Shown here: one piece after another, positions 1 to 12,300 of the stretch
Position numbering within the stretch: position 1 is the first letter of the stretch
Layout: each line of letters begins with the position of its first letter
Assembly: GCF_964355755.1 (NCBI RefSeq)
Contig: NC_092675.1
Location: 16,464,912 to 16,528,911, forward strand
From: Antedon mediterranea
Lineage: Eukaryota > Animalia > Echinodermata
Length of the DNA: 64,000 bases
Direction of reading: 5' to 3'
Position numbers and translations under genes: made by a program
The notes under the pieces: model-generated
Told to the model about the DNA's origin: nothing
Databases searched by the model: none
What the model saw: only the letters and a program-made list of their open reading frames with translations

Positions 1-341
1 TGTCAACTGTGTATAGCTTGATATTGCGAGGAGCGTTATTGCTGATAATGCGGTGGCATATTGTTGGAGGAAAAAAGTAAACAACAAATCTCATTCGTAA
101 ACATGTGTGTGCCCTCATTTTCTTCCTGTCATGTGTTGCATGCTAAAACATTATACTGTGTGGTTTTTAAAACTACAATTTGTTCAAGTGAACAATATGT
201 AACCTCAACAAATAAAATAACGCTTTCAACAAAATTGAATTTAGTATCGGCTTCCATAAACTTGATACTTGATAGTTTTGGGGAAAACTCTGATAATATA
301 ATTTTTTTATTTTCAGGTAATGTGAATCAAATGGTGACAGG

Positions 342-3300
342 ATGCTAAGGTCATGCCTATGTCTACGTGGTAGCAAAGAAGACGTCAAAGAGCTTGATTT
401 CAGACACTGCAACTTGAATTCAGTACCAGAAGAAGTCTATGAGTTTGAGCAAACCTTAGAAGAACTTTACTTGGACTCCAACAACATCAAAGATCTTACA
501 GTTGTAAGTTTTATTAATAGTATTTAATATAATAAGCCATTGTAACGGAAGGAATCTGCTAAATATAGCCCAATTATTTTGGGGTTTTTATAAACAATTT
601 TTTTGGGGAGGGTTCTTTGAAGGTGATTTTTTATTTTTTTTTTTTTGAGAGGAGAATATTGTACGTCGTTAACATTATTCAGTTTATTAAAGATGTATTG
701 TCCCTTGAAACACAAAAAAATGAAGGTAAGAATATTCTAAATTTAAATTGGCCATATCAAAGTAATATTAAAGTTATTCACTTTCAGTCGAAAATTCGAG
801 CCAAAAACATCAGGTTTACGTAATTAACAGCTAAATTAATTTGATTACATTTCGTCTGGAAAATTGTCACGAGCGAAAGTAAACAAAGATTTCAAACCAT
901 AATTATACATTATGCATGATGCTAATTAGGATTGTTTACAACTCGTCAGGGTTGAGAAGGGTTTTTCACCGAAATCGCGAGGAAGTTTTATGATTATGCA
1001 TACAGAGTAGCCAAATAAGCACATTGCATTATGACTGGAAGTCAAAGTTATTTTTTTAACCAAAAAACGTCTGTATTTCAGTTAAATTTTTTTTTTTCCG
1101 ACTAATTTTTGGTGAAAGTTAATAACTATTATGATACTTCAAAATGACCCACTTTTTTTCGAAATCTTTTATTTTTTATTTTTTGGGAATTTGACAAAGG
1201 GACAATACAATTTACAATACAAATACAATACAAATTTTATTTCAAAATTTTATTTGAAAAAGGTTTTTTTTGGGTGGACTCTTTTACAGACACTTACAGT
1301 ATTTACAATAAAGGTGTTTAAGCAGATAATAGACCTATAATGTATTTAGATAATTGTTGACTGGTTGGTTGGCTCCACCCAATTATACACCCAGAAACAC
1401 CCAGTATAATTATATTTCTATAATAAATAATGGTTTATTTCATTATTTTGTGTCTGTTTTACATTATCAGTTATTAGTAGTTCAACAATATATCATTTCA
1501 TTTTTAACCATTTGGAATTGTTTTGTTTGTGTGTTCATTTTTATGGATTTACATTTTTTTTTATTTCAATGGTGTTGATATTTAATATTTTGCAATTTTT
1601 TTGTGTGTGAGATTTACTGTATTTATTACCTATTTGCTACTTCTGTAATTGTGGTCTAGAGCAGTAACTTTAAAATTAACCAGCATTACAATACCGCGCA
1701 CAATTTACCGCCGGCTTTCTTTTGCGTATTTTTTGTGTGGATATATTATTTCTGAACATGCTCAGAATTAATTTCTGACTGTTTTATATACAGTGACATA
1801 CAGTGTCAAATTACTGTTATTTTTTGCCTTTTTTTGGTGTTTATCCTTAATAAAATTCAGGAAAGTGATCGTGTGCGGCCCGCCCCTTCATAGATTCATA
1901 GACATCACGTACCATTCAGAGGCTTTGGTGGAGATACCTAAAATTATGCGAACAATTTAGTAGCATTATATATAGATGCCCTGCTTTGAATAAACTCCCC
2001 TTGAATAAACTCCCCCATAGAAGAACATCGTTTAGAATTAATCCATCCCCTGAAATAAACGCCTGCCACATGCATAATGATCCCAATGGTAATACAGTTA
2101 AGCTTTTTGGGCTATCCTGGAAAATCTTTTAATAATATATTTATTTGTTATTGCACTTGTATTTTTTATTTCCTAATAAATCATTGACCAAGCATTTTTA
2201 TAGATTTTTTACTGTATTTTATCACTTCTTGATACTAATTGTGTTATTCGAATAAATTACTTGATTAGTTTTTACTGTACTATTTTCTTACAAAAAGAAA
2301 AATAAATGTTCTTATTCATGGAGTGGTTTTTTCCTACTATATTTTAGTCTCTCTTTCATTGTCAACAATTGAAGAAATTCAGTATAAGTGATAATGAATT
2401 GTACGCAGTGCCCAGTGGAATTGCTAACTTGATTATCTTGCAACAGTTGGATCTCAGTAAAAATGGTGAGTTGTCTACAGCGAAATTACATTTACTTGAA
2501 TTGAATCTGTTTTTAATGTCTATCCCATAATAACATAACTCTTCAAATTCTAAAGCTCTGTCTACACTAGCAAACTTTATGTGACTGACAACAAAAAATG
2601 TGATGTACCCATACATGGACATGATGATGCCATATCACTACCATATTTTGGCATACAGTATCACTACCATATTTGGACACATCATGTCATGAACTAGTTT
2701 GATAGTTGTAGACAGAGCTTTAAAAGCATGGCAGATTTCCATTATAAAAAGGAATATAAAGTGTTCTTCTCTTTCAATGAAATGTTCTCCATTATTACTA
2801 ATGAACACAGACACATTTTTTGAATATTTCAAAGAACATTATTTTTTAGCTTGAAAAAAAACAACTACAAAATATAGGTGAAATATTGATACAACATATT
2901 ATTTTAATACATTTTTTTTAGGAATTGTTTCCATTCCTGACAATATCAAATGCTGTAAGAATTTATCGGTTATTGACCTTAGTGTTAATCCACTTGGAAA
3001 GTAAGTTGTTAATTTCCTTAATTTCAAACATTAAAATATTTTTTTATAATCTTTTTAAACAATATCAAAGTCATGTTTTGTTCAATAGCATTATTTTTGC
3101 TACATTGTACAATATAGATTTTAGATTGAAATGAAAGTTAAATTTCTATCACAGTAGATCTCAAAATATATAAGTAAAAAGCTAGATTAAGAGAGAATAG
3201 GCACACTTTAGTAAAAACATGCTGCTCCTTTGTCTGGGCTAATGAGTACAGTAGATTAGTAATGTCTAAACAATAAAGTTTTAACTACACTATACCTCTT

Positions 3301-6300
3301 TTGTGATATAAAGTATCCTTTTACGCGATCAATCGAAGTCGGTGCATCACATCACAATATGAAAATATCAATCCGCACGCGATGCATGTTGGGATTTATT
3401 ATAGCGGGCCGACCTACAATTATTAGAATCGACTTAAATTTCACATTTTTAACTTTTTAAAGACAAACAATCGCAATAGGTCCATATGGTATTTATTTTT
3501 ACATAAAATGTAGTGTGTGACTTTAAATTAGGAAAAAAAATAAATAAAATAATAAAAACAAAACAAGTTATGAATTATGAAAACATAGGCATATCATTTT
3601 TAGAAAATATTGCACTGGAACATTAAATGCTGCAATGTCATAGAGACTCATTATATTCATTCAAATTGTGAGACAGTTCAAGTTACTTCTTTACAAGTCA
3701 GCTATACACTTCAGCACATTTTATTAGTCAGTGTTGTAGACCCTAGGGAGATGTTAAGCAGTTTTAAATTACCTTTTGTATGCTACATATCTTAAGAACT
3801 GCAGAATGACCGTTTCAAAATGTTATAATTATATTGGCAGCTATGCAATTATTCTTAATAGTTCTTCGTATTACACTGGTCAAATTTATGCTGCTTTTAA
3901 ATATTTATAGCTTTACAGAATGTATCAGAATTATTCTGAAGGTTTTAAATTGAATTTTATAAAATGAATATAAATAATTTTATGTGAGAAACACATTTGT
4001 GGTAATTCAGATTTCATTTTATTATTATTTTCACGCCGCTGCTCTAGCCAGCTATGTCCCAGGAGGACATATTCATTAATTAGCTGTTTCATAGTGGTAG
4101 CTTTAGTATCTAAGACTGACAGTTTTGCGAATTTGTAAAATCGACTATAATTTATAGGTCCCAGCTGCTAGACCCAAAAAAACATTTGGGAAAAGAGAGT
4201 TTGATTTTAAATTCTCGCCCTTTGATTGGTTAACGCGAATCAACAGACTTGGGAAGAATTTTATCACTGAACCACCGTGAAGTCACGTTGTCTCTCGAGG
4301 GTATTCAGTTGCATGCCTACAGTATAGATTGAGGTCACACACAAATGGGCATGTGATTCATAATTAAACTATCTGTGATTTGTATGTAGTTTTGCGATTA
4401 AAGGACTTTTTAAATAATCAATCATAAATTAATCAAAAGAACAATGATTAATGTTAAAATGTCAAGCGGCGTTTTTTGTAAAAAATATTTCTTGTTTATA
4501 GTCTTATTTTATTTGTTCATTTTGTATTGTATGATGAGGTTATTATAATTAATTAATAAATAGTAGAGTAAAGAAGTATAGAATGTTGCATTAAATGACT
4601 TGATTGATGTTTGATTTTTTATTTTTTTATTTAATTTCCAGGTTACCAGAAGGATTTACCCATTTAACTAATTTAACTCAGTTGTACTTAAATGACACCA
4701 TTTTGAAGTACTTACCGGCAAACTTTGGTAAGCTCACCAAGCTCACCGTGTTGGAACTGCGAGAAAACCATCTTCGCTCTTTACCAAAGTAAGATTACAT
4801 TTGTTTTTTTGAATCAGCATTTCTCTACTGGCGGAAAAGGGCTTCATTACATATATTTTTTTTATCTTTTCAAATTTTATTTCAATTCACAATCAACAGC
4901 AGACTGGAATGATAAAACAAGACAAAAGATTATCGACAAGGTCTACAAGAACCAATTAAATACATTTCTTAATTTTGGATTTAAATAAAGATAAACAATT
5001 AAAGAAAATATCAATAGTGGAGTCAAAGGAATTAAGTATCTCCATACTGTTCCAACTATAGGAATTAGTTACGATTCCATTTTGTGTTCATTCTTAAATA
5101 CCTTTGCTGTGTGCCAAGCATTAATTAAAACTATTTGATTCATCAGTAGATGTTTGATCTTTAAACTTAAGAGAAGAGTTTTGTAAATCTTCAAACTTTT
5201 TTATTTTCTGTAGGACGATTAGCAAGTTAACAGAGTTAGAGAGACTAGACATTGGCAGTAACGAATTCAGAGAATTAGTAAGTGTAAAAACTGAAACAAA
5301 AAATTCTGATAATTTAGTACTGTTTTATGATGTAATAAAATAAGAAAATGCTGTATTAACTTGGAATTTATAAAAAATCTCAAGTTTCTGTCAGAGTAAA
5401 TAAATAATAATAAGATTCTTTCAAAAAAGATATTTGACTGAAGAGATGTGCTCAGAATTTGTCAAACATTATTGATAGCTGTTCCTTATGTGCTCTAATA
5501 TTGAGATGCATGCTTTTATGCTATCATAGAACAACGAGAAGCTGAGTGAGCATGCTCGGTGAACCTGCTTCACTCAGGTCATTTCCATATATAATGGCTC
5601 TGATTTTAAGGTTCATACAATTTATAACAATAACAACTGTAACTTGTAATCGATAAAGCCTATAGAGCTATACTTTTGGTATATTTTATTTAATAATATT
5701 GTTCTATTATTACTATTTCAGGCTAAAGAAGTCGGATCTCTTACCAAGTTAACAGAATTGTGGATTGATGCAAATAAAATTACAGTTCTTCCTGAAGTAA
5801 GTACAGAAATTCTTGTACTAACATTGTTTATTTCAAAATGATATTGTTATTATTAAAATGTATTATTTATATATTGATAGCTGTTCCTTATGCTCTCTAA
5901 AGATTGAGATGCATGCTTTTATGCTATCATAGAACAATGAGATGTCTATTGAGCAGCTCAGTGAACCTGCTTCACTCAGGTCATTTCAAGGTTTATGGCA
6001 CTGATTTTAAGGTTCATACATTTTTTAACTAAGAAGAAATATTACATACAATGTGTATGTACCATTTCTTTTTTTTGTATTGCCATACTGTAGTCCTAAA
6101 AGTCTTAACTTTGTAAACATGAAATTTAGTAACTTATCACTACAAAAAACAATTTATCTACAGTGAGCTGATTTTCCTGCCATACATTATAAGAGAGATT
6201 CGATAAATACTAATCTCACATCTTCCAGCCAAAGCCATTACACAATCTAAATGAACACCTTAGTAGGCTATTTACTGCTAAGTAGTTTTTTTACTCTGGC

Positions 6301-9300
6301 TCTGCAACGTAGAATAGGAGGATCCCATATGTATGTATGCATTTATCACCTGATTTTTCTAACTTTTGTAACTTTTTTTGTAGGGTCTTGGTGGCCTAAC
6401 AAGTCTAACCTTTTTCGATGCTTCCTGCAACCGTCTTGAGTACCTACCAGCAGATATACAAAACTGGGAATCACTGACAGATCTTCACCTTTCAAAGAAT
6501 TATTTACAAGAACTTCCAGAAAACCTAGGTATGGTTATTGTCTTATCTTAAAAACCCTTTTATTACCAGTTTTCTAATAGGACCATATCAACATCTCTTT
6601 AGTGAGTGAGTGGCCAAGCGGTTAAGACAGTGGAACCGTAATTACGTAGCCATAACATCGGCAGGGGTTCGAGGCTCACTCACTCCATGGTTCTGGTGGT
6701 AAAACGAGTCTTCTCGGATAAGGATTATACACCGTAGGTCCAGTGTACACATCTAGCTCGTGTGCACTTTAAAGAATCTAGTACATCTTTCGAGACTAGT
6801 AGGGGGTTACCCCGATGTATTAGTACATCACAGCCACTGATCACCAACTGGGCCCTCTGGGAGACCAGTCTTTGACTGAAAAGGTTACCCAGTATAAATA
6901 TATATTTCTATCAATTTATTAAATGCTGCAAGCACACTGTCAATTATTGTTTTGTTGCTTTTAAACAGTAAGCTATACTTGACATACAGTATGATTTCTT
7001 TCGGTAATGTAACAAAGTCTATGTTCTACTGTTCTGTATAAATATAAATATGTACATAGTTGTTTCATCATGTTTTAATATAAAAACTCAAGATGGTTAT
7101 CTACAGAGCCTCTGTTTTACGTACCCTGAATTTATGTTTCCTGGATATTACATACGTTTAAAATAACCGATGACGTCATCATTTTCTTACATTGAGGGCG
7201 CAATTTAACAACAAACACAAAGCCATGCCATGGCTGTGTGAGACAAGCTACACACGTGCATTCCCCCTACAGCAGCGACTGTTTTTATTGATAGAAAATA
7301 TAACACTTTATTTAAACATCGCACAGCCTGTATATACTGTACTTTTCTAGATAGTCTAGGCAAGGCCTAGCTAGTGACCACTGCATGCTGTACAGTAAAG
7401 TAGGCAAACACGGCAGCCTTTTTAGCTACGATCTACGTATTTGGGGGTCAATTTAAGGCCAACCTGGATTTCACGAATCCCATGTTTTATGTATGCCTTT
7501 TGGTCCCGTACCATACGTAAAATGAAGGTTCAACTGTAAAGGCAAAAGTTAAGTTAAGCAGATAACTGAAATAAATACCAAACACCTACCGATCAATCAA
7601 TACTAATAAGATTGTATTTATTGTATTTTTTAAAGATTTTTTAAGCGTTTAGGAAACTGTGTATATTTTATTATTTGATATTATTTTTTATAGGTAAACT
7701 GAGTCGGCTTAAAACATTAAAAGTTGATGAGAATGAACTTGCCTTTCTTCCATTCTCAATCGGTGGTTTAGTATCTATTGAGGAGCTCATTCTAAGCTGC
7801 AATGACTTAGAAGAATTACCACCAAGTATAGGCCTTCTTCGCCAGCTTTCACATCTGAATGTTGACGAGAATCTTCTAGCCTACATTCCACCAGAGGTAA
7901 TTGTAAACCCTTGATAAATTTCCAAGGAGTGTTCACATGTTTTCACTTACAGCTTGTGATTCTGTATAGTAAAATTGTGTTAAAAAAATTGTTTACAAAA
8001 GGCCAGTTCAACATTTTGGTGCAAAATTTTGGTATTGTTTCTTCACCAGATTTTTTTACCAGCACAACTCAAGATCATAACTATGTGGCAGCCTAGCTAG
8101 ACCTAGCCATACACTACATTTGCATTATGTAAAGTCGTATGTTTGTAAAATGTATAAACAGAAGAGAATGAAAATATTGCAAGATTTGCATTTTTTGCCA
8201 TCAATTTCTTGACGCGACCCATAGATTTTATTTCCCATGTCCTAATGAGCCACTTTTCCATAGATGTCCAATTTTACTTACATTGTTATCAAGTTTAAAG
8301 TTTTGTCTACACTATCAAACTTTATGTGACAAAAAAATGTCATGTGCCCATATTTGGACATGATGATGTTATATCCATATTTGGGTATATCACTACCATA
8401 TTTGGGCACATATTTTTTGTCAAACTAATTTAATAGACAGAGACAGAGCTTTAGATTCTATTAATCTTATCCAACAGCTTGGTAGCTGTAATCATATAAC
8501 AGTGTTATCATTACGTTCAAATCGTTTAAAGACCGTTCCTGATGAGCTAGGCCGTTTATCCCGTATGACTGTACTTAACCTAAGTGATAACCGGTTACTC
8601 TACTTACCGTTCAGTTTCACTAAACTTAAATCTATTCAAGCTTTGTGGTTGGCAGAAAATCAGGTAATTTGTTTTCAATTTTATAATAATAATAATAATA
8701 AGAGAGTGTTTGTACATTTGTTCCTTATACAAATTTGTTCTATTGCATACATCCATACACATGGGGTATTAAAATGACCATCTAGGAAGATTTTTGGATG
8801 CTAGTCAAGTCGCCCCATCGCAAAGTCGCCCCATACAAAGTCGCCCCTTACACAGTCGCCCCATCGCAAAGTCGCCCCAAAACAAAGTCGCCCCGACACA
8901 GTCGCCCCATCGCAAAGTCGACCCATCGCAAAGTCGCCCCAACGCAAAGTCGCCCCATCGCAAAGTCGCCCCATCACAAAGTCGCCCTATCGCAAAGTCG
9001 CCCAAAACGTTAAAAAATAGTTTACAAGTGCGTAAAATGTCGCAATGATACACAAAATAACACGGAACGTGTAGGCATAAAAGGGGAAGCCCCGCCATGT
9101 AGTCTCAGGTCACACGATCGGCACGCACCCCCATCATCAGAGTGGAAACCCCGACTAATCACTCAGCGGTCGCACTAACGTGCTATAGCTTACCAGCAGA
9201 GGGAAACCCCGTAATTACTCCGCCGTTGTCGCACTACAACTCACCATTCTGAAGATGGGGAAACCCCGCCGGAGTTTTACGATGATATCAGTCGCGTTCG

Positions 9301-12300
9301 AAATCGGTCGCGTTTAATTTTGGTCGCGATAAAATGATGTTATACGATCTAGATTATTTTTACTTTGGTCGATGAATATTTATTGTTATTATTAGGCCTA
9401 TATTAATAATTGATTTTTGTTTTTATTTTACAGGTCAGTAGGATGGGAAAGATGTGTGCCTTAAAAAAATGACAATTTGTAAACATAGTTTAAGATTATA
9501 GTATTATCCAGCATAATGTCATTTGACAGTACATAATTATTTAAATGTGAAATATTTTATAGGAAACGTAGACTGCGTCTGTGTCTTTTATTTTATATGC
9601 AACAAATTACGTAAAACAATTTATTTATAAACATTCAGTTTACTATTATTATACATAGTATTACAATGGACATTGATTGTAAGCCTGGAAAGGCAATCCC
9701 ATCATTATATCAATTATAAAATTGCATCATATCACCACTATATGTCGTAAATGACGTGCGTGTGTGTATTCGTCGTACGTATTATTCCGTGCCTCTTCAC
9801 TGTCTTGTTTAATTTAAAATTAAATATACACCCGATATGAGGATATTTATTAGGCATGTTAATTAGAATGTTCTAAAACCAAAAGGGTTGAGAAGAATTT
9901 CTTCAGTAAAATGATCATTGTGCTGTTGAATAAAAGGCGACTCGCTATCTGAAACATTCTCTGAAACCAATCGGAGCTGCGCCTTCTGGTATCTGTTTCC
10001 TCACAGCTGCTACGTCTTTCTGCTGACCGTCGGGGATTCCCCTTTTTAAAAAACACGCACACGATACTGTACGATGGTTTTTCCATGGTCAAAATGTAGC
10101 GTTTTAAATTTTACTAAAATACCTGCATGTAAAACAATCATATCGGCGATGAAATCCTTTTTTTTTCCTTCATTTTGAAAAGTCATTATAAAAGTAAGAC
10201 ACATAACTTGTCAATAAATGCAAAATGATCAATAAGTAGCCTATAACACTCATTGTCTTACAACACTGTTTTACAACTCATTGTCTTACAAATCTATACG
10301 AAGGCCTACACATTTATACATTTATTATATTATCCTAAAAAATGAGCTGGTATCCAGGCGTAGGTTGAAGAAAGATTCGTAATTGTGGCTCTGGTAACTA
10401 ATTTAACATTTTCGAAACTATAAATCAGGGATAATCTTTTTAGAACTTTCAAACAAGGGACTATTTTTTTAATGATTTTTAAAAAGCACTTCACTCCATT
10501 AAAACCTGTAAAATAAAAATTTTATGTATATAATAAGATAAAAATTGTAATGTAGGCCTATACGACATTTAGCGCGACCAAAGTAACAAACGCAATCGAT
10601 ATCAAACGCAACCGATATGAAACAGCGTACTACTACGGCGGCGCTTCATAATCATACCGAAATAAAACCGTGGGCGACTTTGCGATGGGGCGACTTTGCG
10701 ATGGGGCGACTCTGCGTTGGGGCGACTTTGCGCTGGGGCGACTTTGTAATTGGGCGACTTTGCGATGGGGCGACTGTGCCTGGGCGACTTTGTTTTGGGG
10801 CGACTTTGCGATGGGGCGACTTTGTATTGGGCGACTTTGTATGGGGCGACTTTGCGATGGGGCGACTTGACTGGATCCCCTACTACCTTATTCTGCCTCC
10901 CAATAAATTTTTTTCTACCTCCCAATTATGTATGCATACCTGTGCGCAATTCAGCCCAGTTGCTAGTTTCAGGTTATTCCCCTGTATTTTTATATTTATT
11001 TATAATTATTTGTGTACTTTCAGTCTAAACCTTTGTTACAACTGCAATCAGACTTCATACCAGAAAGAGGCTACAAGGTGTTGACATGCTTCTTGTTTCC
11101 ACAGCAACCAAAGGCTCCAGAAGAAGGTAGTATATTCATTGTTTATCTCTCTTCTCTGTGGACTCATTGTGCATATACCATATACCCTCATGTATAATCC
11201 CACTTCGGGTCTAATTTCATCCCCTATTTTATGTCTGATTTCACAAACAGGCATGTCCCCGCATATAGTCCCATTGTTAACTTTTGGTCTGGACGATGTA
11301 GGCCTCTAAATAGCCAGTTCATATGAGTTTGTACAAGAAATGCTTACCAATCCCACACCCCCAAGGCCAACTTATGGGTCCTAATGGGGTGGGATTATAT
11401 CAGAGGATATACGGTAAGTACTAATAAGTAAGCCATCTACTGAATTTATTATTATTTCTTTTGCGAGAAAGGTTAAGATTTCCTATAATTTGAATATAAT
11501 TACAGTATGATAGGTAAAAAGTTTCTTAACACAGCCTGTTTTTTTAAATTTTTATTTTATTTTGGTTTTTTTTGTTCAATATTTAATATTGTTTCTTTTT
11601 ACGTTGTTTATTAGTTATACATTGGAGTACGTACAAAGGTAATAAACATGAAATGTAAAGTTAGTTTATGTTTCACTATATGCATGCAATTATTAGTGTT
11701 GTAATACTTTATCAACACTGGCCTAGCACAGAAAATTTTGCTTAACAAGGTCTCTTTCAGGTCTGGTATGACAACACTTGACCAAATTAGTTTAACCATG
11801 GTTTAACTTCTGTAGTGCAGCCTGTCTTGGCAACATTCATATCAAGCTTCAATACAATACAGGCAACCCCTCTCCTGCATGGTTCTACTAGAATTTACCT
11901 TTACATGTCTTTTTACCATCCCTGGCTTAGCTTTTCTTTAAACAAATATTCTTACAAACATGTCATCTATCTCGGATTGACTAAATATATTTTCAATAAA
12001 TAATTTTTATAATAATTTTAACGCTGCTATACAAGTAAAATATTTCTAGTTCTATACATAGTTTTACTTTACCTATGCATATATTCAATTTTCAAAAAAT
12101 TGTGGATGGTCTCCTTGACTACTGTTGAAAATCGGCCGAGAGTGATAGGGATAAGATTAGTAAAAGGAGGTGTTGCTTACCTTTCTGTTTGGTCTAGCCT
12201 CCTTTGTTGCACTCATAATATTTAATCTCTTGAGACACACAGTGGAGTGCTTATCGCAATCTAATCCGATTCATGGTGTCTGTGTTTGTTAGTCGGTGAC

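Noticed and set aside
3660-3900. Further hairpin-rich intronic patches (also 11715-11930)
   Set aside because: Stems are short and plausible by chance in AT-rich DNA; no boxes identified.
4033-4472. RNase P, RNase MRP, telomerase RNA, 7SK or U3 identity (also tested for 12102-12487)
   Set aside because: No CR-I/CR-V motifs, no CUAACCCU template, no GAUC 5' stem motif and no C/D boxes seen.
6602-6690. tRNA gene
   Set aside because: A and B boxes are present, but it continues into a repeated SINE body and has no clean cloverleaf.
8794-9098. ORFs with [13 protein letters not shown] repeats (also 10602-11084)
   Set aside because: Open in several frames on both strands because they translate the stop-free 16-bp TIR array; intronic.
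9083-9267. CRISPR-like repeat-spacer pattern
   Set aside because: Eukaryotic context, repeat only ~11 bp, spacers mutually related, no cas genes.
9859-10092. Possible chromodomain/transposase remnant inside the foldback element ([13 protein letters not shown]..)
   Set aside because: Interrupted by stops and too weak to call without a profile search.
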